Source: an uncultured Planctomycetaceae bacterium
GTDB lineage: Bacteria; Planctomycetota; Planctomycetia; Isosphaerales; Isosphaeraceae
Length of the DNA stretch: 64,000 bases
Direction of reading: 5' to 3'
Assembly: GCA_963833985.1 (NCBI GenBank)
Contig: CAWIAD010000002.1
Span: 1,408,001-1,472,000, forward strand
Below are positions 9,160 through 18,400 of this stretch, piece by piece (position 1 is the stretch's first letter; each line of letters begins with the position of its first letter). The position numbers and the translations under genes were made by a program. The notes beneath the pieces are model-generated. The model searched no databases. It worked only from the letters and a program-made list of their open reading frames with translations, and had not been told where the DNA came from.

Positions 9160-11403
9160 CCTACTTTCCGCACATCTCGCCTTGACTATCTCCTAATTTC
9201 CGTGTGCCGTCTTTCGGCCTGTCAGGCTCAAATCTCGTAGGCTTTGGGTATCCCCAGCAGGCGCAGGATCCTCTTCTGGAGCCGAGTTAACTCTGTGCTG
9301 AACACCTCAAGAGGGCGTTTCCCAGCCTTCAGGGAATGCTCTTGAACGTCCTCGTACAGGTCGATCACTTTTCGAGCCGTCGGGCGTCGGCAGGCCCGAC
9401 CTTCGGAATACAGTGGCAGGCTCTCGATTCCCGCTCGTTCCATCGCGCGGCGGAGTTCTCGCTCCAACAGCGCCTCGACCAGCAACACGAAGAAGTACAC
9501 GCAGAGCAAGGCCTGAATCCGACTCACCTCCTTCAGGTACATAGGCGCTACCACGAAGTCAGTCTTCAGGTGCTCGAACCGTCGTTCGATGGCCGGTTGC
9601 TGTTTGTAGGCCAAGAGCAGATCCTGCTCCGTCATCTTCGATTCGTTGCTCACCAGCGGGAAAATGCCATCACAGCGGGCCTCCTCATCCAGTCGCTCCA
9701 ACTCAATCCGATGCTTCAACGAGTAACGGAGCTTCTCCTCTCGGACGTACCGCGTGTCCTGTCCAGGCCGGCCGCGTCGCTCCTGGCGGAACTTTTCGGT
9801 GACCTGCTCCTCGATCTCGACCGAGATCCACTCGGTGACCTCACAGTCTCGGAGCAGCTCCTCGACCGCCTCGGCGACCTTGGCTCGACTGCGGTACCGG
9901 GTTCGGGACGAGGCGAGCTTGGCACGCAGTTCGTCCAGTCGTTTCAACGCCTTCTCCAGCCGGGTCAGCCGTACCTCCGCATCCAACTCGGCCTTGCGTG
10001 TGCTGTGATACCAGATCAGCCGGTAACCCTCGGTGGTCTGGCTCGCAGGTTTGCAGATCGAGAAGCGGTCGGTCAACTGTCCCTTGTCGTCGTACTTGTC
10101 GTGGGTCCATCGCCACTGGATCTCTCCCCGGAGTACGGCGCCGCGGAAGGCACCGTCCTCACTGCGAGTTCGCGGCAGCACGCTGAGGAACCGACCGCCG
10201 CGCTGATGCAGATAGGCCATGTTCTCGGTGGTGGCCAGCTTGCAGTCGGCGATGTAGAGAAAGTCTCGGCGTCCGGTCAGTTGACAGAGCAACTCCCAGG
10301 TCTCCTGGTGAGAGCGGTCGTCGGTGGCGTTGCCGCTCTCGACGCGAAAGTGCACCGGGACGGCACCGTCGCCGGTCACGGTGAGGATGTAGAGTAGCTG
10401 CTTGAGGTCGGGGCGGTGGTCTTTGTTATGACCCCAGGTCACCGCCAACCGCAATTGTCCCCGCAGGGTTCGCTCCGCCTCCGCCGACTCGTAGTCACCG
10501 TGGAAAGTGATGGTGGTCGAGTCGTTGTGTAACTGGTCGAGGCTGACGTCGAATTCGCGTACGGCATGGGCCGCGACCTTCAGGGCCAACCCCGAGAGAT
10601 TGGCGTCGAAGAGACGGTCGAGGGCCCGGCCAACTCGATCGTCGTTCATTGCGGCGACTTGGACATCGGACAACCCGAACAGTTTCGGCTCATGGCGGGC
10701 CACCCACTCACCGACACCATAGAGTGGCTCACGCGAGATCAGCAGGTTGCGCAGCAGGACGAGCAAGGCCGTGGCCGTGGGGACCCGAGTGCGGCCGTCC
10801 TCATGGGGCAGGTGGTCGCAGAGAAACTCGCGAAGGCGGAGCCGACTCAGGAAGTGTTCCAGGATGGGCACGGCGGCAATCCGCCGCGTGTTGAGCGTGC
10901 GCTTGCGTCCCTTCGAGCGTGCCGTCTCGCCGGGTTGGCGCGGTCGTTGAGGTTCGTTCATGCGGATCATCTCCGGAGGGTTTGCAGCGAGTTGGCCGGT
11001 GTCCGCCGCCGGGCCTTCCAGGGCCGTGAGGGGAGCAGGCCGACCGCCGCAGGGCTTGCCGCAATGATGGCGGAGGAGATCGGGACGTCAAGGACAAAAA
11101 ATCTTGTGATTCACTTATGACAATTTGCCTTGACGTAAGTTGTGAGCCGCTCAACTTACGCTCATAGCCCGTGTCACAAGTCGTCGCGGCGAGAATCGCG
11201 GCGCGCGGCTGGACATTGCCAAGTCATAAGACAAGGCGAAGAATGGCTCGAGTTCAGGAACGGTCCGGTTGGCGAACCATCTGAACCGAACAAGGTCCCC
11301 GTGCCGATCGACTTGTAGATGTTTACCGACCCTGGGGCCGCGTCTGAGAAGATGGCCTCAGGTCGAATTCGGGGAAATCAAAGGGAGATGTGCGGAAAGT
11401 AGG
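9160..11403 (-). mobile_element. IS1634-family IS (2244 bp)
   Basis: Perfect 19-bp IR CCTACTTTCCGCACATCTC; 6-bp target duplication GTCTAG at 9154-9159 and 11404-11409. Confidence 0.95.
9228..10970 (-). CDS. IS1634-family transposase
   Basis: MNDDRVGRALD, HNDSTT, GHNKDHRPDLKQ, IADCK, YKQQPAIERRF..LK. Confidence 0.95.
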   Translation of the reverse strand: MIRMNEPQRPRQPGETARSKGRKRTLNTRRIAAVPILEHFLSRLRLREFLCDHLPHEDGRTRVPTATALLVLLRNLLISREPLYGVGEWVARHEPKLFGLSDVQVAAMNDDRVGRALDRLFDANLSGLALKVAAHAVREFDVSLDQLHNDSTTITFHGDYESAEAERTLRGQLRLAVTWGHNKDHRPDLKQLLYILTVTGDGAVPVHFRVESGNATDDRSHQETWELLCQLTGRRDFLYIADCKLATTENMAYLHQRGGRFLSVLPRTRSEDGAFRGAVLRGEIQWRWTHDKYDDKGQLTDRFSICKPASQTTEGYRLIWYHSTRKAELDAEVRLTRLEKALKRLDELRAKLASSRTRYRSRAKVAEAVEELLRDCEVTEWISVEIEEQVTEKFRQERRGRPGQDTRYVREEKLRYSLKHRIELERLDEEARCDGIFPLVSNESKMTEQDLLLAYKQQPAIERRFEHLKTDFVVAPMYLKEVSRIQALLCVYFFVLLVEALLERELRRAMERAGIESLPLYSEGRACRRPTARKVIDLYEDVQEHSLKAGKRPLEVFSTELTRLQKRILRLLGIPKAYEI

Positions 11404-11497
11404 GTCTAGAATCGTGAAATGCCGCGTTGAATTCTGCATTGCGGGGCTTTTCCGAAGCGGGACCGTGTTCGTCATGCGTTCCTGCGCCCCCGCCTAG

Positions 11498-11531
11498 AAT
11501 GCTGCGTTCGACTATACTTCAGGATTTACGC
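11498..11531. repeat. Cassette-boundary site
   Basis: AATGCTGCGTTCGAC-TATA-CTTCAGG-ATTTACGC. Confidence 0.75.
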
Positions 11532-11547
11532 AACATGCGGTCGAAAC

Positions 11548-12504
11548 TCAACGAACGATTCTCGCCTGGGGAAGGGCCTCTCCAAGCTCTTTCACTCCGG
11601 CTTCAGTGATCCTGGTCCACTTGATGTCCAGTTCCCGCAGGCTGGTCAGTGCCTTGAGATTCGCTAGTCCGGCATCACTGATCCGGGTGTAACCGAGACC
11701 CAGCTCCCGCAGGCTGGTCAGCCCCTTTAGGTAGGACAATCCGGCATCGTTGACATAGGTGTGGTAGAGGAAGAGTCCCTTGAGGCCAGTCATGCCCTTC
11801 AGGTTCGCCAGCCCCTCTCCCGTGACCCTCGTGTTAATGAGGTCAAGCGATTGGAGGCCAGTCAATCCCTTCAGGTTGGCCAGTCCCTCGTCGGTGAACG
11901 CGGAAGAGTCGAGGGTCAGGTTTTCGAGGCGATTTAATCCCTTCAGGTGAGCCAGACCAGCGTCGCCGACACCCGTGTGGCAGAGATCTAAGGCCCTGAG
12001 CCCGGTCAGTCCTTTCAGGTTCGCGAGCCCAGTGTCAGTTACATAGATACAACCGATGAATGACAGTCGCTCAAGCCGGGTGAGTTGTGCGAGGTGGACC
12101 AATTCCGTATCTGATCCCCATTCACGAAGGCTAGCTGAGACGACGTTGCCGAAGTAATCGACTCCGATGTAATTAACCAACCAGCTCGGTGCCCAGGGCC
12201 CCGCATTCGGAATCGGTTTACCGTTCTTCCGCTCCCAATCGTACCGCACCGAGCCGCCGGCTTTCTTGATCACCGCCACCGCCTCACGCTGGACCCGCGC
12301 ATTGCGAACAATCCAGCCGAGTCCGCCTCCTACGACCAGGAGCAGGATCATCAGGGCCCGCACGCTCAGCCGGAGCCGATAGCGCCTGGATTTCGGTGAG
12401 GGCTGGTCTGGTATTTCACCCCACCGCGTGGCAAGTCTCATCTCTAGCTCACCCTTTACACCATCAATTTGACGTAAGTCCGTAATCAACGCCTCGAATT
12501 CCAT
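11548..12504 (-). CDS. Leucine-rich repeat protein with N-terminal membrane anchor (true start probably near 12414)
   Basis: 24-aa repeats TDAGLANLKGLTGLxxLDL; RLRLSVRALMILLLVVGGGLGW leader. Confidence 0.9.
   Translation of the reverse strand: MEFEALITDLRQIDGVKGELEMRLATRWGEIPDQPSPKSRRYRLRLSVRALMILLLVVGGGLGWIVRNARVQREAVAVIKKAGGSVRYDWERKNGKPIPNAGPWAPSWLVNYIGVDYFGNVVSASLREWGSDTELVHLAQLTRLERLSFIGCIYVTDTGLANLKGLTGLRALDLCHTGVGDAGLAHLKGLNRLENLTLDSSAFTDEGLANLKGLTGLQSLDLINTRVTGEGLANLKGMTGLKGLFLYHTYVNDAGLSYLKGLTSLRELGLGYTRISDAGLANLKALTSLRELDIKWTRITEAGVKELGEALPQARIVR
12428..12461. repeat. Cassette-boundary site (TCTA core)
   Basis: GTGGCAAGTCTCATC-TCTA-GCTCACC-CTTTACAC; 9/15 dyad symmetry; a second right arm ACC-CTTTACAC lies at 12524-12534. 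Confidence 0.7.
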
Positions 12505-12643
12505 TGATGCGACGGGGATATTGACCCTTTACACATTGGACCCCGCTGGAGCCCGCTTGAGGGCGGTTGCCATGCGTTCACAGGTGCACCCACCTCCACT
12601 CCGGCATATCACCGTCGGAGCGACTTCGCCAGTGCCATAAAAC

Positions 12644-12862
12644 TCACTCTTGCATGCTCTCATGATAAATGGCCAACCGCCGTCGTCTCATACGGACAGA
12701 GTGCCGCAGACCGGTGTTTGCAGCGACAGCGAACCAGCCGGCCTCGACCCCGGGATAGAATGTGATCAGCAGCCCCAGCAGGCCGAACACCGCCGCGAGC
12801 CCGACGCCAACCCGAGCCACAAACGTCCGTGGCCTCAGCAACCAGGTGCGGAAGGATGGCAT
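12644..12862 (-). CDS. Small membrane hypothetical protein (possibly degenerate)
   Basis: 72-aa ORF with one hydrophobic segment, co-oriented with the array. Confidence 0.4.
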   Translation of the reverse strand: MPSFRTWLLRPRTFVARVGVGLAAVFGLLGLLITFYPGVEAGWFAVAANTGLRHSVRMRRRRLAIYHESMQE

Positions 12863-12934
12863 CGCCGGGGGCTCCGGGTCACGAACTTGGCCATTTCTTG
12901 TTACGAGTGCACGAGGTGGGTCCAGCAGCCTGCC

Positions 12935-13159
12935 TCATCTCTGCTGTGCCTGACTTGCGGTCTGCTGAGCATCCGCCAGAGCCATCTGTAAGTGCCGCAT
13001 CACAGCTTCAGCTCGCATACGCTGCCGTCCCGCCTCGATCACCAGGAAAATCGCGGCGAAGACCAGCGCGGCAGAGACAGCCAGCGCCAGCGTCTTCCAC
13101 CGGCGGTTTGACCGCTTGAGTTGTTCAATGGCGAGGAGAAGGTCTTTTGGTTCCGTCAT
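12935..13159 (-). CDS. Small coiled-coil/membrane hypothetical protein
   Basis: MTEPKDLLLAIEQLKRSNRRWKTLALAVSAAL. Confidence 0.7.
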   Translation of the reverse strand: MTEPKDLLLAIEQLKRSNRRWKTLALAVSAALVFAAIFLVIEAGRQRMRAEAVMRHLQMALADAQQTASQAQQR

Positions 13160-13325
13160 GGGAGAAGCCCCGGGACGTTTGAAGCTGGACTGGAGGCCAA
13201 CTCGACACCATTTTACTGGGTCATTGCGGAATAAAGCGAACAAGAAAGACCCGAGGCGGGATTTGGTCCCGCGCGGTGTTGTTCCAGAATGTGGTACCTC
13301 GAACGTCGCTCTCCATCGCATGTTG

Positions 13326-13359
13326 CTGCTCGCGAAACTTTGTAACCCAGGCCATGCAC
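13326..13359. repeat. Cassette-boundary site at the head of array A (TGTA core)
   Basis: CTGCTCGCGAAACTT-TGTA-ACCCAGG-CCATGCAC. Confidence 0.55.
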
Positions 13360-13475
13360 GTGAAAGGGCACTCCTCCTGGTGTCGGACAGTCCGATGAGT
13401 CCCACAGGAGGCAAGCCCTCGTTCCATTCACGGGTCGTGCCTGGTGGAAAAGCCGCATCGCGCCCCACGATCTGC

Positions 13476-14264
13476 TCACGGAATGGCGGGAGGGAGGAAC
13501 TGGCGGGCCCACGCGAGGTCGTCAGGATCAAGGTCGGGAGAGGGCGTTCCTTCGTAGATGTAATACTGGTAACCGGCGGCATCGTAGATCCGGTGCAGGA
13601 GTGCCTGGAGATCGAGCCGGGCATCGGCGTGACCCGCGCGGAGCGGGATCGGGATCACGGGCAGGATGTCGCGCAGGCCGATGGACCAGAAGCCGGCCAG
13701 GGGGCGGTCGCCCGCGCGGCTGACCATGATCGAGTAGGTACAGGCGGGTCGGTCCTCCGATGGCATCGCCTCGCCTCCTCGGAGCAGGTCAATCTCCACC
13801 AGGTGCGCCGGGCTGCTCAGGAGCTGCCTTCGCTTGAAAAGGTACTGTTCGCGATTGGGCCCCGAACGCTTGTTGGAGGGACTCAACAACTCGATGACAC
13901 ACACCACCTCTCGCGATTTCCGATCGCGGATCTCGACGAAGGACTCGTGCTCGAGGTCCTCCGCGGGCAGACGCACATGCGCCGGGGCGTCCAGCAGGCC
14001 AACGCCCGCCCGCGTTTCAGCAGAAGGCCGGGTGGGTGTGACGCCCAGGTCTGCTCTACCGATCAATCGGCGTGGCGGAGAGAGAAGTTTGTGAACGTAG
14101 ACGTGCTCATCAATCTTGACGATGTAGTCGGGCTGAACCTGAAGTCCAAGCGCCTCCGCCGCGGCCGGCAGTGCACGCTTGTGGAAGTCGTGCCAGACGT
14201 CGTCCTGCTCCAGGTACGGGTTCATCCCCGGAAACGGTGATGGCACGAGTCTCCCTCCCGCCAT
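13476..14264 (-). CDS. DUF4058 family protein (PD-(D/E)XK-like)
   Basis: PSPFPGMNPYLE...W.DFH, IELLSPSNK, HLVEIDLLRGG. Confidence 0.9.
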   Translation of the reverse strand: MAGGRLVPSPFPGMNPYLEQDDVWHDFHKRALPAAAEALGLQVQPDYIVKIDEHVYVHKLLSPPRRLIGRADLGVTPTRPSAETRAGVGLLDAPAHVRLPAEDLEHESFVEIRDRKSREVVCVIELLSPSNKRSGPNREQYLFKRRQLLSSPAHLVEIDLLRGGEAMPSEDRPACTYSIMVSRAGDRPLAGFWSIGLRDILPVIPIPLRAGHADARLDLQALLHRIYDAAGYQYYIYEGTPSPDLDPDDLAWARQFLPPAIP

Positions 14265-14289
14265 GAAAACGGTGCGACGCGTCCCGTCC

Positions 14290-14300
14290 CATTCTATCAG
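14290..14300 (-). promoter_or_regulatory. Extended -10 (TG-A-TAGAAT) of the first DUF4058 gene
   Basis: CTGATAGAATG on the minus strand; the same 11-mer precedes the second DUF4058 gene. Confidence 0.6.
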
Positions 14301-14430
14301 ATCGTCCGGTCCTCTTTAAGCCGCGGTAACAGCCGGGTCGTTGCCCCCGTGCATCGGTCTGGGTTCCTGAGATAATGGCTCCTGGTGGACGACAACGAAG
14401 TCTCTCATTGAAAGTACAGGAGAATACCGC

Positions 14431-15138
14431 ATGCGCCATCACTTCGGACTGATTCCGGCACTGGTCGTAGCGATCGCGACCGCGTTTTCATTCCCCGCGC
14501 TGGGCGACGACTCCGGCTGGACGCCGCTCTTCGACGGCAAGTCGCTCGACGGCTGGTCGGTGCACGGCGGCTTCGCGACCTACAAGGTCGAGGATGGGAC
14601 GATCGTGGGGACCACGGCGGTAGGCAGCCCGAACACGTTCCTCTGCAAGGGGGACTTCACGGACTTCGCGCTCGAGCTGGACGTCCAGTGCGACCCGCGT
14701 CTGAACTCGGGGGTGCAGGTGCGCAGCCATGTGTACCAGCAGGATGGCCCCGACCCGCTCGACGCCTCGAAGCAGCGCAGGAAGGGCGTCGTGTACGGAC
14801 CACAGTGCGAGATCGCCCGCCACGAGACGGGCACCGCCGGGCGCTTCTACGACGAGAGCCGGCGCGACAAGTGGATCTGCGAGATTGGCTCGCAGGCGCA
14901 GGACGCGTTCAAGGACAGCGGTTGGAACCACTACAAGATTGTCGTTCAGGGCAATCGCTATCGTTCGTGGGTCAACGGCGTGCCCTGCTCGGACTTCCCC
15001 GACGACATCGATCGGCACGGTCTGATCGGTCTCCAGGTGCACGGAATTGGCCGCGGGGAAGGACCTTTCCAGGTGCGCTGGAGGAACATCCGGATCAAGG
15101 AGCTGAAGCCCGGCGAGAATCTCGACACGGGCAATTGA
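14431..15138 (+). CDS. DUF1080 (3-keto-disaccharide hydrolase) family protein
   Basis: LFDGKSLDGW, NSGVQVRS, WNHY, IGLQVH, WRNIRIKEL; AGGAG RBS. Confidence 0.9.
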   Translation: MRHHFGLIPALVVAIATAFSFPALGDDSGWTPLFDGKSLDGWSVHGGFATYKVEDGTIVGTTAVGSPNTFLCKGDFTDFALELDVQCDPRLNSGVQVRSHVYQQDGPDPLDASKQRRKGVVYGPQCEIARHETGTAGRFYDESRRDKWICEIGSQAQDAFKDSGWNHYKIVVQGNRYRSWVNGVPCSDFPDDIDRHGLIGLQVHGIGRGEGPFQVRWRNIRIKELKPGENLDTGN

Positions 15139-15437
15139 CCGCCGGAGATCCCTCGCCCGCTCGGTTCCTGGCTCGACGTACCGGCGATCTGGTTTGAATT
15201 TTTCAACACTGGCGGATAATCTGCACTAAGTGCCGGCTACATCTGTGGTAGCATTGCCAAGAGCCGAGCCGCGAGAACCCACCTGCGCGTGCCCCAGATT
15301 CCTTCCGGCGGGTGACAATCCAGAGATCATCGCCGTTTCCTTCCTTCCTTGCGCGTGAGCGACCATGGCTGAGGAGCACCCCGCGATGTGCATGCTGAGA
15401 AACCTGGGATCGCTTCAGGGAGCCGCGGCTCCTCATC

Positions 15438-18400
15438 GTGGCTCTGCTGCCCGCGACCGCCCTGGCTGGCGACCAGAAACCCGACTCCGGGAGCAAGGCC
15501 CCGGCCCGGGTGAGCTACGACAAGCAAGTGCGGCCCATCTTGCAGGCGCACTGCCAGGGCTGCCACCAGCCGGCGAAGGCGGGTGGGGCCTACGTGATGA
15601 CCGCCTTCGAGCGGATGCTCAAGGGGGGAGAATCGGGCGAGGCGGCGATCGTGCCGGGCAAGGCGGCCGAGAGCCATCTGATCGAGCTGGTCACGCCGCA
15701 TGACGGCAAGGCCGAGATGCCGCAGAACAAGCCCGCGCTGGCGGACTCGGAGATTGCGCTTCTCACCGACTGGATCAGCCAGGGCGCCCGCGATGACACG
15801 CCCACGAACCTGGGAAGGCGGTACGACGCCGAGCATCCCCCGGAGTACACGCGGCTGCCGGTGATTCCGGCCCTGGCGTTCTCGCCCGACGGCTCGCTCC
15901 TGGCGGTGGCCGGGTTCCACGAGGTGGTGCTCTGGAAGGCCAATGGCAGCGAACCGGCGGGCCGCCTGGTCGGGCTTTCCGAGCGCATCGAGTCGCTGGC
16001 GTTCAGCCCCGACGGCAAGAAGCTGGCCGTCACCGGCGGGCAGCCCTCGCGGATGGGCGAGGTGCAGGTCTGGGACGTGGCGAAGCGAAAGCTCACGCTC
16101 TCGGTCCCGGTCACATTCGACACGGTCTACGGAGCAAGCTGGTCGCCCGACGGCACCAAGATCGCGTTCGGGTGTACGGACAACACCGTCCGGGCGATCG
16201 ACGCCAGGACCGGCGAGCAGGTGCTCTTCCTGGGCGCGCACAGCGACTGGGCGCAGGACACGGTCTTCTCGGTCGACGGCTCGCACCTGATCTCGGTTGG
16301 CCGCGACATGGCGGCGAAGCTTACCGAGGTGGCCACCCAGCGGTTCGTGGACAACATCACCTCGATCACGCCCGGAGCCCTCAAGGGCGGACTGGCGACC
16401 GTGGCCCGGCACCCCCAGCGCGACGAGATCGTGATCGGCGGTTCCGACGGCGAGCCCAAGCTCTACCGCGTGTTTCGCAAGACCACGCGGGTGATCGGCG
16501 ACGATTCGAACCTGATCCGCGAGTTTCCCGCGCTCCCCGGGCGCATCTACAGCGTGGCCGTCAGCACCGATGGCAAGCGCGTCGCCGCCGGCAGCAGCCT
16601 TGACGGTTTCTCCGGAGAGGTGGCCGTCTACAATTTCGACTTCGACACCGCGCTGCCCGAGAACATCAAGGCCATCAACGAGAAGGTGGTGACCGCGCGA
16701 TCCGCCGCCGAGAGTGCGGCGCTGGACGCCTATCACAAGCAAGGGGTCAAGCTGGTCTCCCGCGTCAAGGTCCGCGCCGGTGGAGTCTACTCGGTGGTTT
16801 TCCGGCCCGACGGCAAGGTTCTGGCTGCCGCGGGCGGCGACGGCATCATCCGGCTGATTGACCCGGAGCAGGGAAAGATCCTCAAGGAATTCGCGCCGGT
16901 GGCTGTGAAGACCTCCTCCTCCGTGGCCAGCGCCCCGGTGACCGCCGTGCCGCCCAAGCTGGACGAGAGCGTCCCGACCGAGACCCTGCCGCGCGGTGCC
17001 TCGGTGGTGGCTCTGGACGTCCAGCCGAAGGAGATCCGGCTCTCGAACCGGTTCGCCTACACCCAGCTTGTCGTGACCGGCAGGCTATCGTCCGGCGAGA
17101 CGATCGACGCCACGCGGATGGTCGAGGCGAAGCTCTCGTCCGAGATCGTCGCGCTGGGCCGGTCCGGCCTGGTCCGGCCGCTGGCCGACGGCAAGGCGAG
17201 GCTGACCCTGAGCCTGGCCGGCAAGTCGGTCGACGTCTCGTTGTCGGTGCTCGGGCTGGCCACGCCGGTGCGGGTGGACTTCGTTCATGATGTCGCGCCG
17301 GTGCTCTCGCGGCTGGGCTGCAACCAGGGGACCTGCCACGGCTCGGCCCAGGGCAAGAACGGCTTCAAGCTCTCGCTCCGCGGCTACGATCCGCTCTTCG
17401 ACGTGCGGGCGCTGATCGACGACAACGCCGCGCGGCACGTCAATCTCTCGCAGCCGGAGACCAGCATGATGCTGGCCAAACCCACCGGCGCTCTGCCCCA
17501 CGTGGGCGGGGCCTTGATGCAGCCGGGAGAGCCCTACTACGAGGTCCTGCGCTCCTGGATCGCCGATGGCGGCCGGTTCGACGCAACGACCCCGCGGGTG
17601 GCGCGGATCCAGATCTTCCCGGCCGACCCGATCGTGCCGCGGATCGGCGGCAAGCAGCAGTTCCGCGTGCTGGCGACCGACGCCGGCGGCGAGGTGCGCG
17701 ACGTCACCCGCGAGGCGTTCATCGAGACCGGAAACATGGAAGTGGCCACGACCAGCCGCTCCGGCCTGGCGACGGCCCTGCGGCGCGGGGAGGCGCCGAT
17801 GCTGGCGCGCTACGAGGGTGCGTACGCCTCCACCACGCTCACCGTCATGGGCCAGCGCGACGGCTTCGCCTGGGCCCAACCGCCGTCCTACAGCCGCATC
17901 GACGAGCTGGTGGCGGCCAAGTGGAGGCGGATGAAGATCCTCCCCTCGGGCCTCTGCTCCAATACCGATTTCCTGCGCCGGGTGAAGCTCGACCTGACCG
18001 GCCTGCCGCCGACCAGCGACGACGTCCGCGCCTTCCTGGCCGATCCGCGCGACTCGCGTGAGAAGCGCGCGGCCCTGGTCGATCGCCTCATCGGCTCGCC
18101 CGACTACGTGGAATACTGGACCAACAAGTGGGCCGACTTGCTCCAGGTCAACCGCAAGTATCTCGACGTCGCCGGCGCCACCGCGCTGCGGAGCTGGATC
18201 CGCGGCCAGGTGGCCGCGAACACGCCCTACGACGTCTTCGTACGCTCGATCGTCACGGCCGCCGGCTCGAACAAGGACAACCCGCCGGCCGCGTATTTCA
18301 AGGTCCTGCGCGAGCCGGCGGCCATCATGGAGAACACCACCCAGCTCTTCCTGGCCGTACGGTTCAACTGCAACAAATGCCACGACCATCCTTTCGAGCG

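Larger units (their letters stand above)
8548..11439 (-). pseudogene. Membrane protein (RHFTILDGMV family) interrupted by IS1634
   Basis: Removing the IS and one GTCTAG restores MQNSTRHFTILD-GMVLVATT in frame. Confidence 0.85.

Noticed and set aside
4922..13359. Classical integron attC array
   Set aside because: The sites are about 34 bp, lack consistent RYYYAAC...GTTRRRY ends (only the 5493 copy approaches it), and there is no intI in the window.
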